IMG/VR virus record: IMGVR_UViG_3300020151_000653
Span: 1-31,665 of that record
Length of the DNA stretch: 31,665 nucleotides
Origin: a virus
Lineage: Duplodnaviria; Caudoviricetes
Direction: 5' to 3' (one strand)
In this document: positions 8,384 through 17,279 of the stretch, piece by piece
How positions within the stretch are numbered: the stretch's first letter is position 1
Layout of the letters: every line of letters starts with the position of its first letter
The notes under the pieces: generated by a model
Database searches by the model: none
Told to the model about the DNA's origin: nothing
What the model saw: only the letters and a program-made list of their open reading frames with translations
Program-made: the position numbers and the translations under genes

Positions 8384-9409
8384 TTAGGCTGCCTTCATAC
8401 AAGTTGTTTCTGCAAGACGACGCCAGTTATTAGGGCTGAGTTTATGCAAGTCCGCAATCTTCAATGCCATACGTAGGCTCATTTCGCGCAGGCGAGTTTG
8501 ATTTGTGTTCATAAACTCAATAATGCTGTCTTGTGTCTCAGGCTCAAAATCATAGTCTTGGAACAACACACCATCTTTGGCAATCTGCTTGATACGCAAG
8601 ATCTTGTCCTGCATGGTGTCAAGTGTCAAGTCAAGATAGTGGCAACGACTTTGCAATGCGTCCAAGTGATCCCGCAGTTTCTGCGATTTCATTGTTTCAA
8701 ACTTCAAGTTGGTGATAAAAATCACCGAGCCTTTGAAGTCAAAGCTGTCAGGAATGCCTTCGCGACGCAGAGCGCTTGACTCGCTAAGCCATGAAATTTT
8801 ACGTTTCTTGCCAGAGTCCAATGCACCTTTTAGCAAGTTCAATGCCACATCATCAACAAGAATACTGTCGCAGTCATCAAACACCAGTACACAATTGGCG
8901 TCTGAATATTTGTACAGGGTTTGATACAGTCCAATAGGGGTGGCACTGCCTTTCACAACTTCGGCTCGCAGTCGTTTGCCTGCAATCTTGTCAAACAAGG
9001 TAGCTTTTTCAATTTCTTGCTCAATGCCGTAAGATTTGCCCACGCCTGGAGGACCCGATACAATCATTGCACGGATGTCACCGCCAATTGCGGCTTTGGT
9101 CATTTCTGTCAGAATTTCAAACCGCTCACGGATACGATCCATGGCTTGTTCTTCAGTTTCACTGGATACAACATGTATCGAGGGTGTTTGATGTTGAGCT
9201 GTCACGTTTTCTCCTGATACCATCTCATAGTCAGAGATGCTGTTTACTTTGATACGAATGGTGCTGGGGCAGTTGGCGAATGTACCGTTATTTTGCACAG
9301 TTACATAGCCGCCTTTGGCACCTGTTTGGAACCCGCTCACTAGTGTGAAGCTTTGGTTGCTAACAGTTTTGCCGCGATATTCACCGCTTACAATGCGAAT
9401 TGCTGTCAT
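8384..9409 (-). CDS. AAA+ ATPase with an additional N-terminal domain
   Basis: GPPGVGKS Walker A, VLVFDDCD Walker B, FITN sensor 1, ALQSRC Arg finger. Start placed at ATG 9409 because a promoter lies inside the longer ORF-track extension. Confidence 0.88.
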   Translation of the reverse strand: MTAIRIVSGEYRGKTVSNQSFTLVSGFQTGAKGGYVTVQNNGTFANCPSTIRIKVNSISDYEMVSGENVTAQHQTPSIHVVSSETEEQAMDRIRERFEILTEMTKAAIGGDIRAMIVSGPPGVGKSYGIEQEIEKATLFDKIAGKRLRAEVVKGSATPIGLYQTLYKYSDANCVLVFDDCDSILVDDVALNLLKGALDSGKKRKISWLSESSALRREGIPDSFDFKGSVIFITNLKFETMKSQKLRDHLDALQSRCHYLDLTLDTMQDKILRIKQIAKDGVLFQDYDFEPETQDSIIEFMNTNQTRLREMSLRMALKIADLHKLSPNNWRRLAETTCMKAA

Positions 9410-9440
9410 GGTTTCTAGCCCGTTTTGTTGATATGCCACT

Positions 9441-9469
9441 ATTGTAGCAGTTGTTGAAATACCGGTCAA
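9441..9469 (-). promoter_or_regulatory. Sigma70-type early promoter
   Basis: TTGACC (9469-9464), 17-nt spacer ending TGc, TACAAT (9446-9441). Confidence 0.8.
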
Positions 9470-9555
9470 CCGTTTTGATGCATCTTTTTCCAAGTTTTTT
9501 GCGAAAAATTGCTACATTTTTCAGCAGTTTTTGTTGTGTGCGTTTGTGTTGACAT
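9466..9555 (-). CDS. Possible leaderless 29-aa peptide
   Basis: MSTQTHTTKTAEKCSNFSQKTWKKMHQNG*; ATG lies 6 nt after TATAAT. Confidence 0.35.
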   Translation of the reverse strand: MSTQTHTTKTAEKCSNFSQKTWKKMHQNG

Positions 9556-9561
9556 AAGCGT

Positions 9562-9590
9562 ATTATAGTGCAGATTGTGATATGGGTCAA
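9562..9590 (-). promoter_or_regulatory. Sigma70-type early promoter
   Basis: TTGACC (9590-9585), 17-nt spacer, TATAAT (9567-9562). Confidence 0.85.
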
Positions 9591-9594
9591 CCTC

Positions 9595-9625
9595 AAAAAA
9601 AAACCCTACATGCAGCAGGGTTTTT
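9595..9625 (-). terminator. Rho-independent terminator (possibly bidirectional)
   Basis: Minus strand AAAAACCCTGC-TGCAT-GTAGGG followed by T9. Confidence 0.85.
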
Positions 9626-9641
9626 GTTAAGTTAAATGAAC

Positions 9642-10187
9642 TCAGATTGACGGTAATGTGTCATTAAATTTCTGAATAACCGTAACAATTGATACTAGTT
9701 CGCCTCTGAAAACAAACATGCGACCAGGACCGGTCAACCCAAAATTAGCATCAATGTCATATCTGTCGAGAAAGATTTGCCCGTTGACCAATGGTTGAGT
9801 GTCCATGTTGTAAAGACAAAAAGTATCCGCATCTCCAGCAACAGGAACAGGAATAGTTTGGGTAGGATCATTGGGATTTTTTGCTGTACCCATACAGTAG
9901 TTTGAATAGATCGCTTGCAAATACATGTCACCGCCGGTGATTGTGAATTCCATTGGAATTCTTACAGTTCCAACTTGTCCAGCGACCCAATCAGGAACGT
10001 CAAGATCAAATTGAGCCTCTGAATACGGTCCGTATTCAGGGTCCCGATCAGAAATTGTATCCAATGTCTCGGCCAAATATCCTGAAAACACGTCAAGGCC
10101 ATTGGCCTTGACAGTTACCAATGCTTGGCCAAGATTGCTATCGCAGTTCATTATCTCAAATCTTGCTTTTAATGTTTTAATACTCAT
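9642..10187 (-). CDS. Hypothetical protein, probably beta-rich
   Basis: 181-aa ORF preceded by TAAATA 7 nt upstream of ATG and followed by a terminator. Confidence 0.75.
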   Translation of the reverse strand: MSIKTLKARFEIMNCDSNLGQALVTVKANGLDVFSGYLAETLDTISDRDPEYGPYSEAQFDLDVPDWVAGQVGTVRIPMEFTITGGDMYLQAIYSNYCMGTAKNPNDPTQTIPVPVAGDADTFCLYNMDTQPLVNGQIFLDRYDIDANFGLTGPGRMFVFRGELVSIVTVIQKFNDTLPSI

Positions 10188-10202
10188 AGTGATGTATTTA
10201 TC

Positions 10203-11021
10203 CTAGCACCAATGAGATTTTATTACAGCGTCTGACACTTCATGTGGCTTTGGATCGCCATGAAACACCAGCACACTGTTTTCCGGACTCAATTCAGTGC
10301 CGCGATTGGGCCGGTAATAAGTGCGATTTTTAAAATTCATACCACCGTCGAATGCAGTCCAGCGCCAACTGACTATTTTCTGCTCGTCGAAAAATCTTCG
10401 TTTTTCGGGGGTAATAACTTTGTTAAGGTATTCCTGATCACCACCATGTGAGTATTGTGCTCGTATTTTGTCATGGCCGTGGCGTTCAAAATCTTGCCAG
10501 ATATGGCTCCAGGATCTGGTGTCCCAATACATAACTGATGAATTTATTTTTAGCACCCCTGGCTGCCATAGAGATCTAAAATCTTTTATGGTCCAAAAAT
10601 AAAATGGACTGAGATTTACTATCCAATCTATGTTGCTCACAATCACTGTGTCAAGATCAAAATACAACATCTGTCCGCGATGATGAGCAATGTTGAACAA
10701 TTGCATTTTGTACCACCAACTGCGTTTGCGGCCACTTACACCAGGCCATTCAGTTAGATCGTGACGTACCATATGGTCAGGAACTGGTCGAGTAGCTTCG
10801 GTATAAACATGTAATCTTGCACCACGAGTTAAATGTCGATTCAACATGTTGTACAGCCGGTCTACATAGATCCAATCATATCCATCGCCGTGGATCACAC
10901 AGGCACAATCCACAGGCCCGTTGGGATTGATTGGTGTAGATACCATTGGGTTCATTTGTTTTTTTGCTCGATGTGCAGCTCGTTCGGCACGATGCAGATC
11001 TTTTTCGGCTTGAGTAGCTAT
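10203..11021 (-). CDS. GT-A fold glycosyltransferase (GT8-like); probable ATA start (first ATG at 10955)
   Basis: WWYKMQLF, YFDLDTVI (DxD), NSSVM, GGDQEY, VFHGDPKP. A 22-codon in-frame extension runs from ATA 11021 with AGGGGA upstream. Confidence 0.85.
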   Translation of the reverse strand: MATQAEKDLHRAERAAHRAKKQMNPMVSTPINPNGPVDCACVIHGDGYDWIYVDRLYNMLNRHLTRGARLHVYTEATRPVPDHMVRHDLTEWPGVSGRKRSWWYKMQLFNIAHHRGQMLYFDLDTVIVSNIDWIVNLSPFYFWTIKDFRSLWQPGVLKINSSVMYWDTRSWSHIWQDFERHGHDKIRAQYSHGGDQEYLNKVITPEKRRFFDEQKIVSWRWTAFDGGMNFKNRTYYRPNRGTELSPENSVLVFHGDPKPHEVSDAVIKSHWC

Positions 11022-11022
11022 T

Positions 11023-11811
11023 TTAATCCCCTGGTGGATTATGCCAATAACCGGGATATCTTTTGAGGATAGCCTGTACTGATTCGGGATATTGAGTATC
11101 TACTACATGTGTAGTGGCTTTGTGATTTATTGCAGCAATGGTGTCTTTTCTTTTAAATGCCTGCAACATCTCTTCAGGATCTCTGTGCTGAGTTTCTATA
11201 CAACTTACTACCTTGTTGCGTATGAGATCGTCTGACCCCATCCAGGTCCAGTGCCAGCCTACCGGCCGGTTGATTCCCACACAATGATCTCTATTTTTGC
11301 GTTTGATGCTGGCACCTTTGTATAAATCGTGAGGTGTGTCGAACATGCTGCGGCGTGCTACCACACTACCTTTCCATCCACGCTCGGCCCGCTGATCTAA
11401 CTTGTACATGTACATTTCAAATCCGCAGCTGACAGGTCGATCATGTTGATCCATTGTGGAGACGATTTCTGCCCAGCATTCAGGATTGATGATCTCATCC
11501 AGATCACCGTGGATAATGATGTCATCGGCACTGTATGCTGCTAATGCAGGTGCTATAGCTTGCCGCATCATGGTTTCGCATATGAGATTGGTCTGGTCTG
11601 CTGTCAGTTCCAATGTGACCACTTGGATTCTATCGCCGTAGCGCGATTGATACTGGGCGAGATTGTCCTTGAGATAGTAAGGTTTGGGAATGCCGCTAAA
11701 AGTTCTACTGGCTTCTAATACCACCCAGCGATCCACATACTGGTCGGTGATGGCCAGATGTATGTCCAGCATGTCAAATTCGTTGTTGAATAATAAAGTA
11801 TCAATGATCAT
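11023..11811 (-). CDS. Glycosyltransferase family 17-like (beta-1,4-GlcNAc transferase/MGAT3-like)
   Basis: IDTLLFNNEFDML, VDRWVVLEASRTFSGIPKP, DDIIIHGDLDEI, GWHWTWMG. Confidence 0.85.
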   Translation of the reverse strand: MIIDTLLFNNEFDMLDIHLAITDQYVDRWVVLEASRTFSGIPKPYYLKDNLAQYQSRYGDRIQVVTLELTADQTNLICETMMRQAIAPALAAYSADDIIIHGDLDEIINPECWAEIVSTMDQHDRPVSCGFEMYMYKLDQRAERGWKGSVVARRSMFDTPHDLYKGASIKRKNRDHCVGINRPVGWHWTWMGSDDLIRNKVVSCIETQHRDPEEMLQAFKRKDTIAAINHKATTHVVDTQYPESVQAILKRYPGYWHNPPGD

Positions 11812-11813
11812 GA

Positions 11814-12446
11814 TTAAAATCTATAAATGATTTGGTAAGCGTCATAAATTGGTCGAATCCCTTTTGTTTCCAGGTAGTCTGCTATATAATGGCCTTTGCC
11901 TGTGCGTTGATTACTATCTAAAAATCTGCTGTTGTCGTCTATCACAACCATGGCACCGGGTTTGAGATGTGGTTCAATTATTTGGAATTCCATTAAATGA
12001 TGCCGAGCACTATCGTGATCGTTATCCCATTTTACATCATAGCTGTCCAGGTAGAAAAGATCCACACGATTTAAATCCAATTGTGTAGCCAAATATAACA
12101 CACTATCCTGGCATGTGGATTCAAAACAAGTGGATGTGATAGAATCACGGGCAGCAGTCACCGCTGTGGGATCTATATCCACACTACGCACACTTCCGCT
12201 GTGATGTTCTACAAATTCTGTAAACAATCTAGCACTTTGTCCATCTTTCCAATTGCCCGGATTTCTCAGTGCGCCAGTTTCAACAATGTGATATTCAGGC
12301 TGATTGCGACTTTCAAGATACGCAAACACAAGATTGAATCCTTCTGCACGTTGATATAGTCCTTCCGTCAGTCCTCTTTTGGCACCGCTCACTCGAGGAT
12401 TTAGTAAGTCATAATAATTGTCACGAAAATGTTTAAGCCAAGTCAT
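11814..12446 (-). CDS. Class I SAM-dependent methyltransferase (Methyltransf_24-like)
   Basis: IVETG, SVDID, DLFYLDS, LKPGAMVVIDD. Confidence 0.8.
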   Translation of the reverse strand: MTWLKHFRDNYYDLLNPRVSGAKRGLTEGLYQRAEGFNLVFAYLESRNQPEYHIVETGALRNPGNWKDGQSARLFTEFVEHHSGSVRSVDIDPTAVTAARDSITSTCFESTCQDSVLYLATQLDLNRVDLFYLDSYDVKWDNDHDSARHHLMEFQIIEPHLKPGAMVVIDDNSRFLDSNQRTGKGHYIADYLETKGIRPIYDAYQIIYRF

Positions 12447-12453
12447 ATTTTAT

Positions 12454-13035
12454 TTAAATCAAACTGCTGTCATCAAATGGTTTTGTGACCAGCCAACAAC
12501 GCCCTGATCTACGAACTTTTATATCCTGCGGGCCAAAAAAGTCCCACACTGCTTTTTGTACACCCGGATATCCTTTTGTATAGTCATCACCAGCAAACAT
12601 GGATCCTGGGCGCAATTTTGGCCACCATGCAGTTAAATCATTTGTGACAGCGTCATAACTGTGTCCGGCATCTACATAGCAAAAATCCACAGTGTTGTCA
12701 TTGAACTTATCAGCAGCATTCCAGCTTATCATGCTCAACATCGTGATATGTTCTATCACCGGAGTTAAATTCTGTTTAAAAATATTTTCAAGATCCTGAA
12801 CAGTAGCAGGATCATATGCAATTGCTGCTTCGCCTTTCCAAGTATCCACACAATAGAATTTGCCCAGTTTATTTCGGTTGATCAATTCAACCACACAATA
12901 TGCAGCACTACGCCCGGTCCAGGATCCTAATTCTACCCAAGTGCCCGCAGCAGGAAATTGATCTAATACCAAGTCTAACATCACGGTGTTTTTATGACTC
13001 ATGAAACCGTCAATGTTGTGATAGAAGTGATCCAT
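12454..13035 (-). CDS. Class I SAM-dependent methyltransferase (Methyltransf_24 family)
   Basis: VELGSWTGRS, CVDTW, YVDAGHSY, LRPGSMFAGDDY. Start placed at ATG 13035. Confidence 0.88.
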   Translation of the reverse strand: MDHFYHNIDGFMSHKNTVMLDLVLDQFPAAGTWVELGSWTGRSAAYCVVELINRNKLGKFYCVDTWKGEAAIAYDPATVQDLENIFKQNLTPVIEHITMLSMISWNAADKFNDNTVDFCYVDAGHSYDAVTNDLTAWWPKLRPGSMFAGDDYTKGYPGVQKAVWDFFGPQDIKVRRSGRCWLVTKPFDDSSLI

Positions 13036-13039
13036 TTTG

Positions 13040-13067
13040 TATTTACCGTTATGTACGCCGATAAATA
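13040..13067. promoter_or_regulatory. Back-to-back divergent late-type TAAATA elements
   Basis: TAAATA on minus (13045-13040), 4 nt before ATG 13035; TAAATA on plus (13062-13067), 5 nt before ATG 13073. Resembles the T4 late promoter TATAAATA. Confidence 0.6.
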
Positions 13068-13072
13068 TTTCC

Positions 13073-13420
13073 ATGAACAACATCACAGAACGACCCTGGG
13101 GATACTATCAAGTGTTGCATCAAGTAGGCTCACATGTCAAACTCAAAGAACTCACAGTCTTGCCTGGGCAACGTCTTAGCATGCAACGTCACGAAAAACG
13201 TGCGGAGTTTTGGTTTGTTGCACAAGGTGAAGCCACAGTGTATACTGTGGATCCGCACAGCACAGATTACGACTTGTTAGCCAGCCCTGCACAACATCAA
13301 CACACATGGATTAGATTGGGTGAGTGGCATCAACTGTGCAATGAAACTGATCAACCACTCAAGTTGATCGAAATCCAATACGGTGAAAACTGCGTTGAAG
13401 ATGATATCGAGCGAAAATGA
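13073..13420 (+). CDS. Stand-alone mannose-6-phosphate isomerase type II (cupin) domain
   Basis: ERPWGYY, PGQRLSMQRHEKRAEFW, WHQLCN, IEIQYG, EDDIER. Confidence 0.9.
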   Translation: MNNITERPWGYYQVLHQVGSHVKLKELTVLPGQRLSMQRHEKRAEFWFVAQGEATVYTVDPHSTDYDLLASPAQHQHTWIRLGEWHQLCNETDQPLKLIEIQYGENCVEDDIERK

Positions 13421-14106
13421 AACCCATTCCTGTGTTTGTAGGATACGATCCTAGAGAAGCCATAGCTTATCACACCTGTGTAAATTCAATCATACGCAAC
13501 AGCAGCCAACCAGTGGCTATTGTGCCTGTGGCATTGAATTTGTTTCGAGAGTATTCAGAAACACATACAGATGGATCAAATCAGTTTATCTATACACGTT
13601 TCTTAGTACCGTATCTTATGGACTATCAAGGCTGGGCTATCTTCATTGATGGTGATATGATTGTACGTGGAGACATTGCCGAGCTATGGAATTTAAAAGA
13701 ATACAGTAAAGATGCCATGGTAGTCAAACACGACTACAAAACTTGCATGACTGAAAAATATCTAGGCAGTGTCAATGAAGATTATCCACGTAAAAACTGG
13801 TCTAGTGTAATACTATGGAATTGCAATGCTATACGCAATAAAATATTGACTCCTGAGTTTGTACAGCAAAGCACAGGTGCGTTTTTGCATAGGTTCTCTT
13901 GGATAGCAGATGAACGATTAGGTGAATTACCTGCTGGATGGAATTGGTTAGATGTTGAATACGAATGGAACCCATTGGCAAAATTGGTTCACTTTACGTT
14001 AGGAACACCTTGCTTTCACGAGTTTGCTGATCAAGGTGACTTCAGTGACGAATGGCACAGAGAGCGCATCTTTACTGAATACTGTCAGCAAAGGTTGATC
14101 GCATGA
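13417..14106 (+). CDS. GT-A glycosyltransferase (GT8-like)
   Basis: VFVGYDPRE, FIYTRFLVPYL, FIDGDM, YPRKNWSSVILWN, HFTLGTP. Confidence 0.88.
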   Translation: MKPIPVFVGYDPREAIAYHTCVNSIIRNSSQPVAIVPVALNLFREYSETHTDGSNQFIYTRFLVPYLMDYQGWAIFIDGDMIVRGDIAELWNLKEYSKDAMVVKHDYKTCMTEKYLGSVNEDYPRKNWSSVILWNCNAIRNKILTPEFVQQSTGAFLHRFSWIADERLGELPAGWNWLDVEYEWNPLAKLVHFTLGTPCFHEFADQGDFSDEWHRERIFTEYCQQRLIA

Positions 14107-14780
14107 TTGTTGATCATAAAAACTTCAGCATAGATTGCTTACATTCAGCTAAAATAATTGACTGTAAGAGCAAAAGTAAACGACCACAGAGATATAGTCA
14201 TTTAACCCATGCATTGCAAAAAGTTAAACTAACTGGACACGTGATGGAATTTGGAGTATATCAAGGTCTCACACTGAAAATAATCTCAGATTATTTTTCC
14301 AATCAGACTGTGTGGGGATTTGATAGTTTCAAAGGATTGCCCGAGACTTGGTTTCTGAAATCTCAAGTTGGCATACGACGTTCACAGCATCCACTTGGAA
14401 AATTTGCTCTGGGGCAGGAGGAACTACAAATTGTTGTAAATCAATTTGCTAAAAGAAAAGTAAAACTTGTACCAGGATGGTTCAATCAGACTATAGTTCC
14501 TTGGATGAATGATAATCCTGGTGTGGTGTCATTTTTACACATAGATTGTGATCTGTACAGTAGCACACTAGATATATTAAATTTGTTGAATGATCGTATT
14601 GTTCCTGGCACTGTGATAGTGTTTGATGAGATTTATCCCTGGAACAATATCGATTCATACGATCTTTGGGAGCAAGGTGAATTTCGAGCGTTGGGTGAAT
14701 GGATCCACAATCATCAACGTACATTTCGCGCGTTGTATCGCAGCGAGCATCAACAATGCAGCATTGAGGTATTATCATGA
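14103..14780 (+). CDS. TylF/MycF-family sugar O-methyltransferase
   Basis: EFGVYQG, GFDSFKGLPE, LVPGWF, LHIDCDLYSST, GTVIVFDE. Confidence 0.88.
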   Translation: MIVDHKNFSIDCLHSAKIIDCKSKSKRPQRYSHLTHALQKVKLTGHVMEFGVYQGLTLKIISDYFSNQTVWGFDSFKGLPETWFLKSQVGIRRSQHPLGKFALGQEELQIVVNQFAKRKVKLVPGWFNQTIVPWMNDNPGVVSFLHIDCDLYSSTLDILNLLNDRIVPGTVIVFDEIYPWNNIDSYDLWEQGEFRALGEWIHNHQRTFRALYRSEHQQCSIEVLS

Positions 14781-15589
14781 GTGGATGGATTTTTCTAAGC
14801 AAGGGCGGTGAGGACGAGTACATAAACATGTTGGCCGCAAGTGCCAAGATGACACCAATGGATTCAGAGCATTTTGATTATCATTATGATGTGGCCGTAG
14901 ATCACAATCAATTGGTACTACGTGGCATACTCAAACATAAAATCATGAAACAATGTATTGAAGATGGCAACAACTTCTATTACATGGATTCAGGATATGT
15001 GGGTAACAATGTAGGTAATTCAAACAGTCAAGGAATTAAAAGATATCATAGAATTGTATTGAATGATTTGCAACACACAGTAATACGCCCAAGGCCCAGT
15101 AATCGATGGGATTTGCTGGGTGTTAAAATACATCCTCGCAGAACAGGACGTAGAATCATTGTGGCAGCACCCGACGAAAAACCCTGCAAGTATTATGGTA
15201 TTGATCAACAACAGTGGATACGAGATACAGTAACTGAAATCAATAAACATACTAATCGACCAGTAGAAATAAGAGAACGTGCGCCTAAAAGAATAGACCG
15301 AGTGGTCAATCAACCACTTAGTGAAGTCCTGACCCAAGATGTACATGCATTGGTCACATTCAACAGTGTAGCAGCAGTGGAAAGCATACTGGCAGGTGTA
15401 CCAGCATTTGTTATGGCTCCTAGCCATGTGGCAACACCAGTGGCCAATACAGACTTGACCAAAATTGACAACCCGTTTTATCCAGACAACGATCTGCTGA
15501 TGGCGTGGTGCCACAGCATGGCTTACGGGCAATATCATGTGCGCGAATTAAAAAATGGCACAGCGTTTAAAATGATGCAAGAATTATGA
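14777..15589 (+). CDS. Capsule polysaccharide biosynthesis-like (KpsS/GT-B-like) protein, paralog 1
   Basis: YMDSGY, TNRPVEIR, ALVTFNSVAAVESILAGVPAF, AYGQY. Confidence 0.6.
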   Translation: MSGWIFLSKGGEDEYINMLAASAKMTPMDSEHFDYHYDVAVDHNQLVLRGILKHKIMKQCIEDGNNFYYMDSGYVGNNVGNSNSQGIKRYHRIVLNDLQHTVIRPRPSNRWDLLGVKIHPRRTGRRIIVAAPDEKPCKYYGIDQQQWIRDTVTEINKHTNRPVEIRERAPKRIDRVVNQPLSEVLTQDVHALVTFNSVAAVESILAGVPAFVMAPSHVATPVANTDLTKIDNPFYPDNDLLMAWCHSMAYGQYHVRELKNGTAFKMMQEL

Positions 15590-16551
15590 AAATTATAAGT
15601 TACACCGCCACACTGCCTAAAAAAGAACAGTACACAGCAGAAAGTTTAAAAAAAGCTACAGACAAAGTCAACACATTGAAATATTTTGTAGAAGGTGTGA
15701 ATGCAGTTGGGGACGAAGGCATAATTGAAACTGGTATGAACTATCAACCCAGTGATGTGGCTGTTATATTAGGTTGGGTGCATGAACATGGAAAAACTGC
15801 TGCCCATTTGCAGTTTAGACAACAGATCTTAGATCAGCAACGTGCAGAGGGTGGAAGAACTATCATAGCGGATAGCAATTTGTTTCTTTACAAAAATAAA
15901 GAAAATCCTGGGTATTGGTTACGTTACAGTTATGATGGTATATTTGCCAACACTGGCGAATACTGCGATCAATCACCTGATCCCGACCGTTGGGCAACAA
16001 TACAAGCACAGTGTGGCGTGCAGATAAAACCCTGGAGAACAGCAGGCAATCATATTTTGTTGTGTTTGCAACGTGATGGTGGGTGGAGCATGGCTGGATG
16101 GGATGTAGTAGATTGGGCTATAAAAACCATAGTTGAAATACGTAAGTATTCAGATCGACCCATACGAATACGTTCTCATCCTGGAGACAAACGTGCAGTA
16201 AAGTATTGTGACCGACTATTAAAATTATGTCAAGGACGACGATTGCCCAAAATTGAAGTTAGTCGTGCAGATGCATCATTGACCCAAGACTTTGTGAACT
16301 GCTGGGCAGTTGTAAACCACAACTCTAGTCCAGGTGTGGCAGCAGCTATTGAAGGCATTCCAATTTTTCTAACAGATCCTGAACGAAGTCAAGCACGAGA
16401 TGTGGCTACTCGGGGTATCAACAAGATAGAAACACCATTCATGCCAGATCGGCAAGCCTGGGCGCAACGACTCAGTCAGTTCCATTGGAGTCATGAAGAA
16501 TTACGCACAGGTGTATGTTGGTCACACATGAAGAAATGGGCAATAAAATGA
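15586..16551 (+). CDS. Capsule polysaccharide biosynthesis-like (KpsS/GT-B-like) protein, paralog 2
   Basis: HILLCLQR, SDRPIRIRSHP, AVVNHNSSPGVAAAIEGIPIF. Confidence 0.6.
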   Translation: MKIISYTATLPKKEQYTAESLKKATDKVNTLKYFVEGVNAVGDEGIIETGMNYQPSDVAVILGWVHEHGKTAAHLQFRQQILDQQRAEGGRTIIADSNLFLYKNKENPGYWLRYSYDGIFANTGEYCDQSPDPDRWATIQAQCGVQIKPWRTAGNHILLCLQRDGGWSMAGWDVVDWAIKTIVEIRKYSDRPIRIRSHPGDKRAVKYCDRLLKLCQGRRLPKIEVSRADASLTQDFVNCWAVVNHNSSPGVAAAIEGIPIFLTDPERSQARDVATRGINKIETPFMPDRQAWAQRLSQFHWSHEELRTGVCWSHMKKWAIK

Positions 16552-17279
16552 TACAAGTAATAACCAGTTTCAATCAACTGTACTATGATCTTATTGGTCG
16601 AGATAGTGTGAATAGTTTCTTAGAACATTGGCCTGAAGAACTATCGCTTACTTGTTATGTAGAAGAATTCAAGTTGCCTGTGCAGGCTCGTATACAGCAG
16701 ATTGATTTTTCCAAGTTAGATCCAGATTACAAAAAATATCAGAAGGACACTAGTCTGAATCAGAGCATGAAAAAGTTTGCCAAGAAAGCCTACAGTGTGA
16801 TGCATGCCATGCACCATAGCACAGCAGACTGGATCATATGGTTGGATGCGGATGTGATCACTACACAATCTCTGCCTATTGAATTATTGCAGAGAGTACT
16901 CAGGCCTGGGCATCTTTCAGCATATATGGGTGTGAAATACACCTTGGACAAAGGCGGCAAACCTGGCAATTGGTTGGTGCCCGAAACTGGGTTTTTTGCT
17001 GTAAACACTCAACATGCGGATTTTGCTGCATTCAGAACAGAATACTGCCGCAGATACCACGAACGAGATTATGCAGATCTGCGTAGATTCTATGACAACG
17101 ATGTGTTTGGTGCGGCATTGTTGGCAGTACCCAACGCTCAAGTTTTTGATCTATGTGAGAGTTTTGGCAAGAAATATAAAACTCCACTGCGTCATACCAT
17201 ACTGGGTGATCATCTCATACATTACAAGGCCAAGCACTCAAAGGCCGAATACAATCAAGACGATGCAGACGACCAGTAA
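16548..17279 (+). CDS. GT-A glycosyltransferase (nucleotide-diphospho-sugar transferase)
   Basis: VITSFN, KFAKKAY, IIWLDADV, ETGFF, DNDVFG, HYKA. ATGA overlap at the start. Confidence 0.78.
   Translation: MIQVITSFNQLYYDLIGRDSVNSFLEHWPEELSLTCYVEEFKLPVQARIQQIDFSKLDPDYKKYQKDTSLNQSMKKFAKKAYSVMHAMHHSTADWIIWLDADVITTQSLPIELLQRVLRPGHLSAYMGVKYTLDKGGKPGNWLVPETGFFAVNTQHADFAAFRTEYCRRYHERDYADLRRFYDNDVFGAALLAVPNAQVFDLCESFGKKYKTPLRHTILGDHLIHYKAKHSKAEYNQDDADDQ

Noticed and set aside
8384-9409. Calling the AAA ATPase the clamp-loader large subunit gp44
   Set aside because: It has SRC but lacks the N-terminal W-x-EKYRP box and DEAD-type Walker B, and sits in a separate transcription unit from the gp62-like gene.
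9410-9493. ORF-track N-terminal extensions (AAA ATPase; also starts at 8037, 13086, 13037, 18142, 18687, 22619, 31047)
   Set aside because: They overlap promoters or neighbouring genes; downstream ATGs fit promoter spacing or ATGA coupling better.
15020-15538. 172-aa antisense ORF and the other short overlapping ORFs in the track
   Set aside because: They lie within well-supported genes, have no recognisable motifs and show unnatural composition.
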